Positions 31,001-41,200 of a DNA stretch of 64,000 bases are shown in pieces; the first letter of the stretch is position 1, and each line of letters starts with the position of its first letter. Source of the DNA: Candidatus Moraniibacteriota bacterium. GTDB lineage: Bacteria > Patescibacteriota > Minisyncoccia > Moranbacterales > UBA2206. The translations under genes were made by a program, and so were the position numbers. Where the stretch lies: assembly GCA_049303795.1 (NCBI GenBank), contig JBAQNM010000005.1, forward strand, positions 286,381 to 350,380. The letters are read 5' to 3'. The notes beneath the pieces were generated by a model that ran no database searches, had not been told where the DNA came from, and saw only the letters and a program-made list of their open reading frames with translations.

Positions 31001-32214
31001 ATAGTTGATTGGTTAATTTGAATAAAATTTTCCTTAAGTTGCTTTCTTTTTCTTTCTAAAGCTATTCCACCCAATACCAGAATCAACCCTCCAACAATAA
31101 AGAATAATGATCTATCCATTAAATCCCAGAAAAAATCAAAATATCTTGCAAGAACAAATATGGCCAGCCAAAATATTCCCATATTCACCAAATTGATATC
31201 TGATTTTTGGTATCCAATAAAAATAAGAAGCAGCGTTAATGAGGCAAAAATTAAATTATAAATCACAGTATAGATAGCAAGCTCGGAAGGAAAAAAGAAA
31301 AATAATAAAGTGAACCCGATTAAGCCAAGAGGTACTCCGTTTTCCAATAAATTATTTTTTGTTTGAGAAGGATTGAAAAAAAGATTTATTACAAGACCGA
31401 TAATTGCTAAAACGGAGAATAAAACAACACCCATAGTTATTTGATCTATCATTCCCTGCATTTCGTTAGCATAATAATCTGAGTAATAGCTATGTTTTTT
31501 CATATACTGGGTAGAAAAAAATTCAAATGTAAGAAGAAAAAGAGATAACATTGAAACTTTCATTCCTGCTAAACGAAATATTCTAGCAACCTTTTGCATT
31601 TCCGGTTTAAAAAAATGCAAACCGCCAAGACTGAAAAGCAAGGCACCAGATGATAAATAAATTACCGGCAATGAAAAAAATACATACTCCCCAAAATCTT
31701 CATTCCTAAAAATAAATAAGCCAATCCAAAGATAAAAAAGTAAGGCCACCAGTGCTGCAATGGATTCTGAGTTAAAGACGTAAATGAGAGGAAGAACACC
31801 AATTAACCAAATAAGTACCAAAGAATGACTATTCGCATTAATATTATATATTTGAGCAACTAAAAAAATGCTAGCGCCGAATAGAAGCGCTCCAAGAAAA
31901 AATAATGCTGCTCCAACTTTTGGTAAATTCTGCTTATCATATTTAAATAAATAACCAAGATAATATGCTCCGAAGGTACTTCCAACCAAAATCAGAACTT
32001 TCATTAAATCTGGAATCTCATCCCAATTTGAGGCAACGAAAAGAATCGCACCGATACCTAACAATGCAGCTCCGATTGTGGATATTGCAATGATAAATTT
32101 ATTTGACCTTTCCTCTTTTCCTTTCTGAGAAACATCAGAAAGCATTATCTGCGCTTGCTCTTGGCTTATTGTTCCAGAGTCAAGCCACTCCTGAATTTGT
32201 TTTTCAATATTCAT
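30997..32214 (-). CDS. DUF2157/DUF4401-like polytopic membrane protein
   Basis: N-terminal MNIEKQIQEWLDSGTISQEQAQIML segment typical of DUF2157, followed by about 11 TM helices. An operon partner of GDYXXLXY proteins in many genomes (established association of these Pfam families). Confidence 0.5.
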   Translation of the reverse strand: MNIEKQIQEWLDSGTISQEQAQIMLSDVSQKGKEERSNKFIIAISTIGAALLGIGAILFVASNWDEIPDLMKVLILVGSTFGAYYLGYLFKYDKQNLPKVGAALFFLGALLFGASIFLVAQIYNINANSHSLVLIWLIGVLPLIYVFNSESIAALVALLFYLWIGLFIFRNEDFGEYVFFSLPVIYLSSGALLFSLGGLHFFKPEMQKVARIFRLAGMKVSMLSLFLLTFEFFSTQYMKKHSYYSDYYANEMQGMIDQITMGVVLFSVLAIIGLVINLFFNPSQTKNNLLENGVPLGLIGFTLLFFFFPSELAIYTVIYNLIFASLTLLLIFIGYQKSDINLVNMGIFWLAIFVLARYFDFFWDLMDRSLFFIVGGLILVLGGIALERKRKQLKENFIQINQSTI

Positions 32215-32276
32215 TTTTTTATTAATATTTATTTAAATCAATTTATCGTTAAATTTCCATATTCCTCATGTCTAAA

Positions 32277-32285
32277 ATTATATCA
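32277..32285 (-). promoter_or_regulatory. Extended -10 element (TGATATAAT) upstream of the DUF2157 gene
   Basis: Minus-strand tgatataat about 65 nt upstream of the start codon at 32214. Confidence 0.3.
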
Positions 32286-32425
32286 CATTTTCTTAAAACT
32301 TTCCTTGACACTAAGCGTAACTATTTCAGTTAATTTTTGCATCAAACCATTATCCAGTGAAGTGTCCGACAGAAGATCTCGATATAATTGTTCTCCCAGG
32401 AATCCGGTTCCAATTATTGCTGATT

Positions 32426-32920
32426 TCATAATAAATTATTTACTAGAGCTTTTTTAATTATTGCCTCAATATCTTCCATATCTACTAGCCTTCCAATCAT
32501 CTTTTTATATTCAATAAGTTCTTGCCTCCTAATAACAGGAGCGACCAAATCAAAAATTTCATATTGTTCGCAGTCAGCATAATTCGTTTTGCAATCTTGC
32601 CATTGCTTTGTAATTGAATTATATATTTTTGCGTTTTCATCACTGCTCAAATCTATTTTCTGACCGTGATATTCTAAAGTTAAAAGCTTGATATCAAATG
32701 ATTCATCGCGATATCGCTCAGGTCCAAATACGATATAGCCTTTCACAAATGGCAAAAGTCTATCAAGGTCACTTCCCTTCATATCGATATCAATATCAAA
32801 TAATTCCCTACCTGAGCCATAAAGCTTAGCGGCGAAGCCTCCAGAGATTTGGAAAGGAATGTTATTTTGCATTAAAATATTAATTATCCACTTAAAAGCC
32901 TCTTCGGTGTTTTTTTCCAT
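32426..32920 (-). CDS. Minimal nucleotidyltransferase, Lnu(A)/ANT(2'')-like (Pol-beta NTase fold)
   Basis: ISGGFAAKLYGSGRELFDIDIDM matches the GG...G..R..DIDID catalytic motif of lincosamide/aminoglycoside nucleotidyltransferases of similar size (about 160 aa). Confidence 0.45.
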   Translation of the reverse strand: MEKNTEEAFKWIINILMQNNIPFQISGGFAAKLYGSGRELFDIDIDMKGSDLDRLLPFVKGYIVFGPERYRDESFDIKLLTLEYHGQKIDLSSDENAKIYNSITKQWQDCKTNYADCEQYEIFDLVAPVIRRQELIEYKKMIGRLVDMEDIEAIIKKALVNNLL

Positions 32921-33183
32921 TGAATTTAAGGTTTATTTAAAAAATATTTCGGCTAACGTTTAAGAATATCTGATGTTTTTGCCTCGCTTCCTTATTATAA
33001 TATAAATAGAGAAAGAGGTAAAAATATGGGAGAGGAAATTTTTCTTTCATTATTGTAAAAAGTCTAAAAGTGAAAAATTTTGGAACCAGATATTCTTTGT
33101 TAAACGATGTAAATTTTTCATTTCCTAAAATTACATCAAAACTTTATTGATTGTTAAAATAAAATTTTGCTTTTTCTGTTTTT

Positions 33184-33222
33184 GATTTTGGGCAGAGGGG
33201 CTAGGGGTGAATGCCCAAAATC
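33184..33222. promoter_or_regulatory. Perfect 11-bp inverted repeat (gattttgggca / tgcccaaaatc) with a 17-nt G-rich loop
   Basis: Seen directly in sequence. It lies immediately 3' of the acidic protein gene stop but lacks a clean T-tract. Confidence 0.3.
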
Positions 33223-33237
33223 CAAAACTCCTTATTA

Positions 33238-34368
33238 TTAATCTCCAGAATCACCACCATCTCCGCCGTCAAATCCGCCAGAATCGTAATCCATGTTATC
33301 ACTATCCATATCAAAACCAGTGCTATCTTGGTCAAGAGCTCCAAAAAGATCCAATTCGCCGTCTTCCAATATGTCCATAGCTATTAATAACATCAGCATA
33401 TCCCCAGTATCCATTCCGTTATCAAAATTTTTATTTTCAATACTTGCTTTGTAATAATCTGAATTATCGTATAACTCTTTGAGGCGATGTATGTTAGATT
33501 TTTTTATTCCCAGTATAAGTCTGTGAGAAATACTGTTAAAATCTGCATCTCGAGAATATTCATATCCTTTTACTTCACTAAGCTTGGTTCTAGCTTGGAG
33601 GTAGTGTTGCAGCATTTTATTTTCCGGAATTGCCTCTTTGCCATTCTCGGATAGTTGCACCCATCTTCCTCCAATTGAACGACTACTGTTCAATATTTCA
33701 TCGACTTCCTTTTTGCGAGTGACTGATTCTTCCAATTGCTTGACCGCTAATTTCAACTCGTCCTCCAAAGCAATTTGCTTGCCATCAGTAATTGCAATTC
33801 CCTGAGACTCAAGTGAGGATTGCTCTTTGTGTAGTTTATTTTTCTTTATAATATTCAACCAGTTAAGAGTTTGTAGCTCAGCTTGAATTTCATTGTATCT
33901 TTTGTAATTTTCAAGATATGTTCCTTTTTTATTTTTATCTTCTTGAAGTTTCTCTATTTTTTCAACCAATTGAAGCCTTTCTATCTCCAACTGACTTTTT
34001 TCTATAGCTGGAATTTCTTGTATTAATTTTGATTTTAACAAATCTTCTATATCTTCAATTGCCAGCTTATCAACTTCACCGCTTTCAATAGATCTAAGTA
34101 AGTTTTGGTTTTTTTCAATTTTATCTAAAACAATTTCTAATGCCTTGTCTTTGTCAACGGCAGATTCTTGATTCGAATCTTTTTCTTTTATGCTTTGTCC
34201 TGGCAAACCTGCTTCCAATAATTGATTCTCAGATGATTCAGTTGTCTCTAGTTGTTGACCTAAGACCAGTTCGCCTTGTTTTTCTCCTACTCCATTTTTA
34301 GTAAATGGCTTTTTTACACTAGATTTATTTTCGCCATCATCAGATGACATCGTTTCAAATTTAGACAT
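33238..34368 (-). CDS. Hypothetical acidic coiled-coil protein with D/G-rich C-terminal tail
   Basis: 376 aa, long coiled-coil-like E/K/L-rich middle, and a C-terminal tail GFDMDSDNMDYDSGGFDGGDGGDSGD. Confidence 0.45.
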   Translation of the reverse strand: MSKFETMSSDDGENKSSVKKPFTKNGVGEKQGELVLGQQLETTESSENQLLEAGLPGQSIKEKDSNQESAVDKDKALEIVLDKIEKNQNLLRSIESGEVDKLAIEDIEDLLKSKLIQEIPAIEKSQLEIERLQLVEKIEKLQEDKNKKGTYLENYKRYNEIQAELQTLNWLNIIKKNKLHKEQSSLESQGIAITDGKQIALEDELKLAVKQLEESVTRKKEVDEILNSSRSIGGRWVQLSENGKEAIPENKMLQHYLQARTKLSEVKGYEYSRDADFNSISHRLILGIKKSNIHRLKELYDNSDYYKASIENKNFDNGMDTGDMLMLLIAMDILEDGELDLFGALDQDSTGFDMDSDNMDYDSGGFDGGDGGDSGD

Positions 34369-34600
34369 AATTTTAAAATTAAAATTTAATCGTCTTTTTT
34401 GTGATTCCAGGAGTATCTTATACCCCTTTATAAATAAATAAGAAAAAGCAAAATTTTATTACGTAGATTACGCACCAACTTTATTTAATGCGCAAAATGA
34501 AAAATTTATTTCGTTTATCTCGTTTATATGCGAACTTTTAGTATAATTTAAATTTTCACCAATTTATAAGATAAATATAACACGTTTTTTTATAAGCCAC

Positions 34601-34636
34601 AAAAAAACGACCCTTCAAAAAAGGATCGTTTTTTAT
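34601..34636. terminator. Rho-independent terminator downstream of rpoC (bidirectional geometry)
   Basis: aaaaaaacgacccttcaaaaaaggatcgtttttt: 8-bp stem with one mismatch, flanked by A-run and T-run. Confidence 0.5.
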
Positions 34637-34654
34637 TTAAAACCAACTCTTAGC

Positions 34655-37600
34655 CTAAAGTGATTGTTGATAACCCGTTCCAGCTGGAATTAGTTTTCCG
34701 ATAATCACATTCTCTTTAAGACCTCTAAGTTTATCTTCTTTGCCTTGAACAGCAGCATTAATCAAAACGCGAGCTGTCTCTTGGAAAGAAGCGGCAGATA
34801 AGAAGCTTTCTGTTGAAAGAGCCACCTTAGTGATTCCCAAAAGAATTCTTTCACCAGTTGCTTCTTCACCTTTTCTCGCCAATACTCTCTGATTTTCTTC
34901 CTTAAATTCGTCAATTTCGAATACGTCTCCAGCAAGAAAAATTGAATCTCCTTCAGTAAGGATTGAAACGCGACTAAACATTTGTCTAACAATAACTTCA
35001 ATATGCTTATCATTAATTCCTTCACCTTGTGAAGCGTACACTTCTTGAATTTCACGTGTAATATAACGATGCACCTCTTCTTGTCCCATCGTGGCATATA
35101 ATTTTTTAAGATCTATATGTCCATCACTAAGTGGTGTTCCCTTGGCTACTAAATCGCCCTGAGCTACTTTCAAAGTACTGCCAGCTAAAATTGGATATTC
35201 TTTAACAACCTTAACTTCATCTGTTGATTCAATTTTAACAATTGTCGCTTTATCTGTATTTTCAATTTCAACCACTTTTCCATCGATTTCAGAAATAATT
35301 GATTCTCCTTTTGGCGGACGTGCTTCAAAAATTTCTTCCACACGAGGAAGACCTTGAGTGATGTCAGATCCAGCGATACCTCCAATATGGAAAGTACGCA
35401 TGGTTAGCTGTGTTCCTGGCTCACCAATCGCTTGAGCAGCCACAATTCCAACCGCCTGACCAATTTCCACCAAATGTCCTCGTCCCAAGTCGGTACCATA
35501 ACATTTCTGACAAACTCCACGTGGGGTTTTGCAAGTTGCCACGGTTCTGATTTTAATTTTTTCAACCCCCACCTTCTCAATCAATTCACCCTCCTGTTTG
35601 GTTACAAGATGATCTTTAGCTATAAGCACCTTGCCTGTTTTTGGATCAACAATATCCTCAGAAAGTACACGTCCAATTGCACGTGATGCAAAATTCAAGC
35701 CGAAGCGATCAGAATCTTCTTTATAGATATAGGCACCTTCGCTATCATGACAATCTGCTTCTCTCACAATCACGTCTTGTGCCACATCAACCAATCTTCG
35801 AGTTAGATAACCAGCGGTTGCAGTTCGAAGCGCAATGTCAGCCATACCTTTTCTTGCTCCATGGGTAGAAATGAAATATTCCAAAACATTCAAACCTTCT
35901 TTAAAACAACTCTTAACTGGAAGTTCGATTGTTTCTCCAGTTGGTCCGGCCATAAGACCTTTCATTCCGGCCATCTGAACGACCACTGATTCACTACCAC
36001 GAGCCTTGGAATATACCATAGAATAAACTGAACCTTCTTTGTCCATTGATTCTCGCACGCGATCAGTAATTTGATTTTTTGTATCATTCCAAATCTCAAT
36101 CACCTTGCTTTTTCTTTCCTCTTCAGTAAGCAGACCAAGATTATATTGCTTTTTGATTATATCAACCTTGTCTTCAGCTGCGGCCATTATTTCTTTCTTT
36201 TCCTTTGGCACTTTCAAGTCGTCCATTCCCCAACTAATTCCTGAACGAGTAACAGATGCAAATCCCAAGTTTTTAATCTCATCAGCAAAGATAGCAGTTG
36301 CTTCCTGTCCGCAAACTTCCAGCACTCTTGCCACCAAAGATTTCAATTCCTTTTTAGTCATCTCGTAATTTTGATAACCAAGCTCTTTAGGAATAATAAA
36401 ATTCAAACGAATCCTTCCTGCAGATGTTTCTAGCAATTCTCCATTTCTGAGTACTTTGATTTTAGCCCGAGTATCAATTTGACCTAACTCCTCAGCCATA
36501 ATCACCTCATCTTCAAAAGCAAACACTCTACCCTCGCCTTTAGCACCAGCCACTATATGCGTAATATAATAACAACCTAAAACCATATCCAAGGTTGGAG
36601 AAATAATCGGCTCACCACTGGCTGGCTTCAAAAGATTTTTTGCTGAAAGCATTAAATTAGCACTTTCATAACGAGCCTTATCGGTCAGTGGAACATGTAC
36701 CGCCATTTGGTCTCCATCAAAGTCAGCATTAAAAGCAGAACAAACCATCGGATGAACTTGAATCGCCTTTCCTTCAATTAGAACTGGTTGAAAAGCTTGA
36801 ATTGACAAACGATGCAAAGTTGGAGCACGATTTAGCAATACATAATGATGTGAAATAATCTCATCAATAATATCATAAGCCTCTTCCGATTCCGCCTCCA
36901 CCATTTTTCCAGCGCTACGAACATTATAGGCTAATTCTCTTTCAATTAACTTATTGATAATAAATGGCTTGAAAAGTTCCAGGGCCATTTTCTTTGGCAA
37001 TCCACATTGATGCAGTTTCAATTTTGGTCCAACAACGATAACGCTTCGTCCAGAATAATCAACACGCTTTCCTAACAAATTTTGACGGAAGCGACCTTGC
37101 TTTCCTTTTAATGTATCGGCTAATGATTTCAACGGTCGACGTTGTCCGGTGGATGCAGCAACACTTACCTGTGATTTTCTAGCACTATTGTCAAACAAGG
37201 CATCAACTGCTTCTTGCAGCATACGCTTTTCATTTCTCGTGATAACTTCTGGCGCACCAATTTCCATTAATTTCGCCAAACGATTATTTCGGTTGATGAT
37301 ACGACGATAAAGATCATTAACATCTGAAGTTGCAAAACGTCCCCCATCCAATGCTACCATTGGACGAAGATCTGGTGGAATAACAGGAATAACGACTGGA
37401 AGCATCCACTCAGGTTTTAAATTAGCTCCAACAAGACCATTCAAAAGTTTTACTCTTTTCATCACCTTCTTTCGATCAGGAACTTCTTCATCACCTTCCA
37501 GTAGCTCTTTATAAGTTTTAATTTCTTCTTCCATATTCAAATCTGCCAACAATTTTCTGATTGCTTCAGCTCCAATTCCAGCTGTAAAAACTTGACCGTA

Positions 37601-38248
37601 ACGAGAAGATAGATTGAAATATTCTACCTCTGAAATAATCTGCAATTTACGAAGATTCTTTAATTCTTCCTTGGTTGAGCGATAGATATTTTTTAACTCC
37701 TCTAATTTATCCTGACGCTTTTTATCGTCATCTCCAAAATTCTTTTCTAGCTCCTTCTGTTTGGCTTTCATTTCTTGCTCCACTTGAGCAAGCGCTTTTT
37801 CTTTTTCATTTTCATCGACACTAAGCACAATATAACTTGAGAAATAAATTATGCGCTCCAAGTCTTGCACGCCCATTCCAAGCGCAAGACCAATTTTTGA
37901 AGGCACTCCACGTAAAAACCAAATATGCGAAACAGGCACAGCTAATTTGATGTGCCCCATTCGCTCACGTCTAACAATACTTCTCGTTACTTCGACTCCG
38001 CATTTATCGCAAACTATTCCTTTATAACGAATCCGTTTATATTTTCCGCAATAACATTCCCAGTCACGTGATGGACCAAAAATTTTCTCGCAAAATAAAC
38101 CGTCTTTTTCATAACGCTGCGTACGATAGTTAATCGTTTCCGGCTTGGAAACTTCTCCGTTTGACCAAGCTAGAATTTCATCAGGACTGGCAATTTTCAG
38201 TCGGACGCTACTGAAATTGCTAGTTTTAGTGTTAGTAATTGAATCCAT
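34655..38248 (-). CDS. rpoC: DNA-directed RNA polymerase subunit beta'
   Basis: Zn-finger CxxC...CxxC N-terminus, the NADFDGD catalytic motif and trigger loop region; 1197 aa. Confidence 0.95.
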   Translation of the reverse strand: MDSITNTKTSNFSSVRLKIASPDEILAWSNGEVSKPETINYRTQRYEKDGLFCEKIFGPSRDWECYCGKYKRIRYKGIVCDKCGVEVTRSIVRRERMGHIKLAVPVSHIWFLRGVPSKIGLALGMGVQDLERIIYFSSYIVLSVDENEKEKALAQVEQEMKAKQKELEKNFGDDDKKRQDKLEELKNIYRSTKEELKNLRKLQIISEVEYFNLSSRYGQVFTAGIGAEAIRKLLADLNMEEEIKTYKELLEGDEEVPDRKKVMKRVKLLNGLVGANLKPEWMLPVVIPVIPPDLRPMVALDGGRFATSDVNDLYRRIINRNNRLAKLMEIGAPEVITRNEKRMLQEAVDALFDNSARKSQVSVAASTGQRRPLKSLADTLKGKQGRFRQNLLGKRVDYSGRSVIVVGPKLKLHQCGLPKKMALELFKPFIINKLIERELAYNVRSAGKMVEAESEEAYDIIDEIISHHYVLLNRAPTLHRLSIQAFQPVLIEGKAIQVHPMVCSAFNADFDGDQMAVHVPLTDKARYESANLMLSAKNLLKPASGEPIISPTLDMVLGCYYITHIVAGAKGEGRVFAFEDEVIMAEELGQIDTRAKIKVLRNGELLETSAGRIRLNFIIPKELGYQNYEMTKKELKSLVARVLEVCGQEATAIFADEIKNLGFASVTRSGISWGMDDLKVPKEKKEIMAAAEDKVDIIKKQYNLGLLTEEERKSKVIEIWNDTKNQITDRVRESMDKEGSVYSMVYSKARGSESVVVQMAGMKGLMAGPTGETIELPVKSCFKEGLNVLEYFISTHGARKGMADIALRTATAGYLTRRLVDVAQDVIVREADCHDSEGAYIYKEDSDRFGLNFASRAIGRVLSEDIVDPKTGKVLIAKDHLVTKQEGELIEKVGVEKIKIRTVATCKTPRGVCQKCYGTDLGRGHLVEIGQAVGIVAAQAIGEPGTQLTMRTFHIGGIAGSDITQGLPRVEEIFEARPPKGESIISEIDGKVVEIENTDKATIVKIESTDEVKVVKEYPILAGSTLKVAQGDLVAKGTPLSDGHIDLKKLYATMGQEEVHRYITREIQEVYASQGEGINDKHIEVIVRQMFSRVSILTEGDSIFLAGDVFEIDEFKEENQRVLARKGEEATGERILLGITKVALSTESFLSAASFQETARVLINAAVQGKEDKLRGLKENVIIGKLIPAGTGYQQSL

Positions 38249-38279
38249 AATTAGTAAGATAAATTATTTAAGACTTATT

Positions 38280-41200
38280 TTAAGCAATATTTTCGTCATT
38301 CTGATTAGCCTGCCCCTCAAAATTATCTTCATCATCAGAAGCTTCCTCTTCATTCAATTCAACACTTAATCCTAATCCCTTAAGTTCGCTAACAAGCACA
38401 TGGAAAGAAGCTGGAACATTAGGACTCTTAATCGGCTCTCCTTTGATGATTGCCTCATAAGCCTTAGATCTTCCCATTTGGTCATCAGATTTAATCGTAA
38501 GCATTTCTTGCAAAGTATAAGCAGCACCATAACCTTCCAAAGCCCAAACTTCCATCTCTCCAAAACGCTGTCCTCCAAATTGCGCTTTTCCACCTAATGG
38601 TTGTTGTGTAATCAAGGAATATGGTCCGATCGAACGCATATGAATTTTGTCGTCCACTAAATGATGTAATTTCAAGACATACATGACACCAACTGTTGAT
38701 TCGTTATCAAATAAATCACCTGTTCGTCCATTAGTTAGCCTTACTTTTCCGCTTTCTGGCAAATTTGCTTTTCTAAGTTCTATTTTAATTTGTTCTTCTG
38801 TTACTCCTTCAAGTGCCGGCGTTGCCGCTTTATAACTTAATTTCAAAGCTGCCCAACCTAGATGAGTTTCCATAATTTGTCCGATGTTCATACGACTAGC
38901 CACGCCCAATGGATTAAGAATCATATCGACAGGAGTTCCATCTGGTAGATATGGCATATCTTCAACAGGAGCAATGCGAGAAATAACACCCTTATTTCCA
39001 TGCCTTCCAGCCAATTTATCTCCCACAGAAATCTTCTTTAATTGTGCCACTGAAACCTGAATTTGTTGGATAACTCCAGTTGAAAGCTTATCACCTTGTT
39101 CACGGGAGAAAACTTTAATATCAACTACTTTTCCATATTCACCATGAGGAAGATAGAGTGAGCTGTCCTTAACATCACGAGATTTTTCTCCAAAAATCGC
39201 TCGAAGTAATCTCTCTTCACTTGTCAGGTCGCCTTCACCCTTTGGAGAAATTTTTCCGACAAGAATATCACCACTAGCCACTTCTGCTCCAATCACAATC
39301 ACTCCGGTTTCATCCAAGTTTTTCAAACGCTCTTCTCCGATATTTGGAATATCACGGGTAATCACCTCAGGCCCAAGCTTAGTGTCTCGCACGTCGATTG
39401 AAAAGTCTTCAATATGAATCGAACTATAGCGGTCGTCTTGAACTAATTTTTCTGAAATAATAATCGCGTCTTCAAAGTTTGAACCTTCCCATGGAATAAA
39501 CGCTACAACGATATTTTGACCTAGAGATAGCTCGCCGTGATCTGTTGAAGCGCCATCAGCTAGAAGCTGTCCTTTTTTTACAATATCCCCTTTCGCTACA
39601 CGCGGTACCTGGTTCATGGAAGTAAAGGCATTTGATTTAACAAAACTTTGCAAATGATATTCTCTTTTTAAATAAGGTTTCTTTGAGGCAATCGGAGCTT
39701 CTTCTTTGATAATGATATGATCAGCGTCCACTTCCACAACTTCTCCCGCCATTCGAGCAACAACAACTTGTCCTGAATCAACCGCTGCTTTATCTTCAAT
39801 ACCTGTTCCAACAAGTGGTGCTTCCGGTTTCACACAAGACACTGCTTGACGTTGCATATTCGAACCCATGAGGGCACGGTTGGCATCATCGTGTTCCAAG
39901 AAAGGAATCATTGAGGTTGCAACTGAGATACATTGCTTGGCACTAACGTCGATATAATCAAGCTTTGAAGCTTCAATTTCTGTTGCACGACCGTTCACTC
40001 TCGCACCAACTTTTTTATCTAGAATATTGCCAAATTCATCAATTTGAATTCCAGCATGAGCAATATTTTTGCGATCCTCAACTGTGGCATTAATATATTC
40101 TATATTCTCATTGCTTTTGTGTGCTTTAACTCTAATGGTTTTTTTATCTTTGAATTTAGAAGCAATTTTTTTAGCCATTTCTTCGTCAATCAAAGCACCA
40201 AGAGTAAGGCCAGACAATTCTTCATCAAGAATTCTATTGACCAATTTTTCTGCGGTATTATCAACTTCTTTGAAAATTTTGATATAAGGAGTTTCAAGAA
40301 AACCATATTCATTTATTTTGGTATATGTAGCCAAATGTCCCACTAGACCAATATTTGGACCTTCCGGAGTTTCCACAGGGCAGATTCTACCATAATGTGA
40401 ATGATGCACATCTCGCACTTCAAAACCAGCACGCTCTCTTGTCAAGCCACCTGGTCCCATAGCACTGATTCTACGTTTATGCTCAAGTTCAGCTAAAGGA
40501 TTGACCTGGTCCATGAATTGTGAAAGTTGTGAGCTGGCAAAAAATTCTTTAATCGAAGCAGCAATTGGTCTTGAATTAACTAGTTGTCCAGGCACGACTG
40601 TTTCCAAATCACAAGTACTCATTCTATCTTTAATATTTCTCACTGTTCTCGCAAAACCAACGCGCAATTTATTTTGCACAAGCTCGCCAACACTACGCAC
40701 ACGACGATTACCTAAATGATCAATATCATCAGCCATGGCTTGTGGATCATTGTTCAGACGAATAATTTCACTGATAATTAAAATTAAATCCTCACGTGTA
40801 AGCACGCGATGCTCTTCATCATTAGCTGTTTCCACTTCCAATCTTTGATTTAAGCGATAGCGTCCCACAGCACCGAAGTCATACTTTTCAAAATCGAAAA
40901 ACATTGAATCAATTACTTGCTTGGCGTTTGATTCGGTCGCTAAATCACCTGGACGAATTCTTTTATAGACTTCCTTATACCCTTCACCTTGATTCTTCGC
41001 AACATCTTTAGCAATAGTTTGTTCAATGAAAGAAACTTCGCCATTATCAACCTTTTTGAAAATTTCTAATAATTTTTCATCGGCAGAATAACCAAAAGCA
41101 CGCAAAAGAGCAGTTATAGCAACTTTTCTTTTACGATCGATTTTCACATAGATAGCACCTTCAGTGTCAGTTTCAATTTCGAGCCAAGCTCCACGGTTAG

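Noticed and set aside
32155-32457. 100-aa plus ORF spanning the intergenic region between the DUF2157 gene and NTase gene
   Set aside because: It overlaps the 5' end of the DUF2157 gene and the 3' end of the NTase gene. It is AT-rich, with no RBS or promoter, and the region is better explained as the minus-strand promoter/leader.
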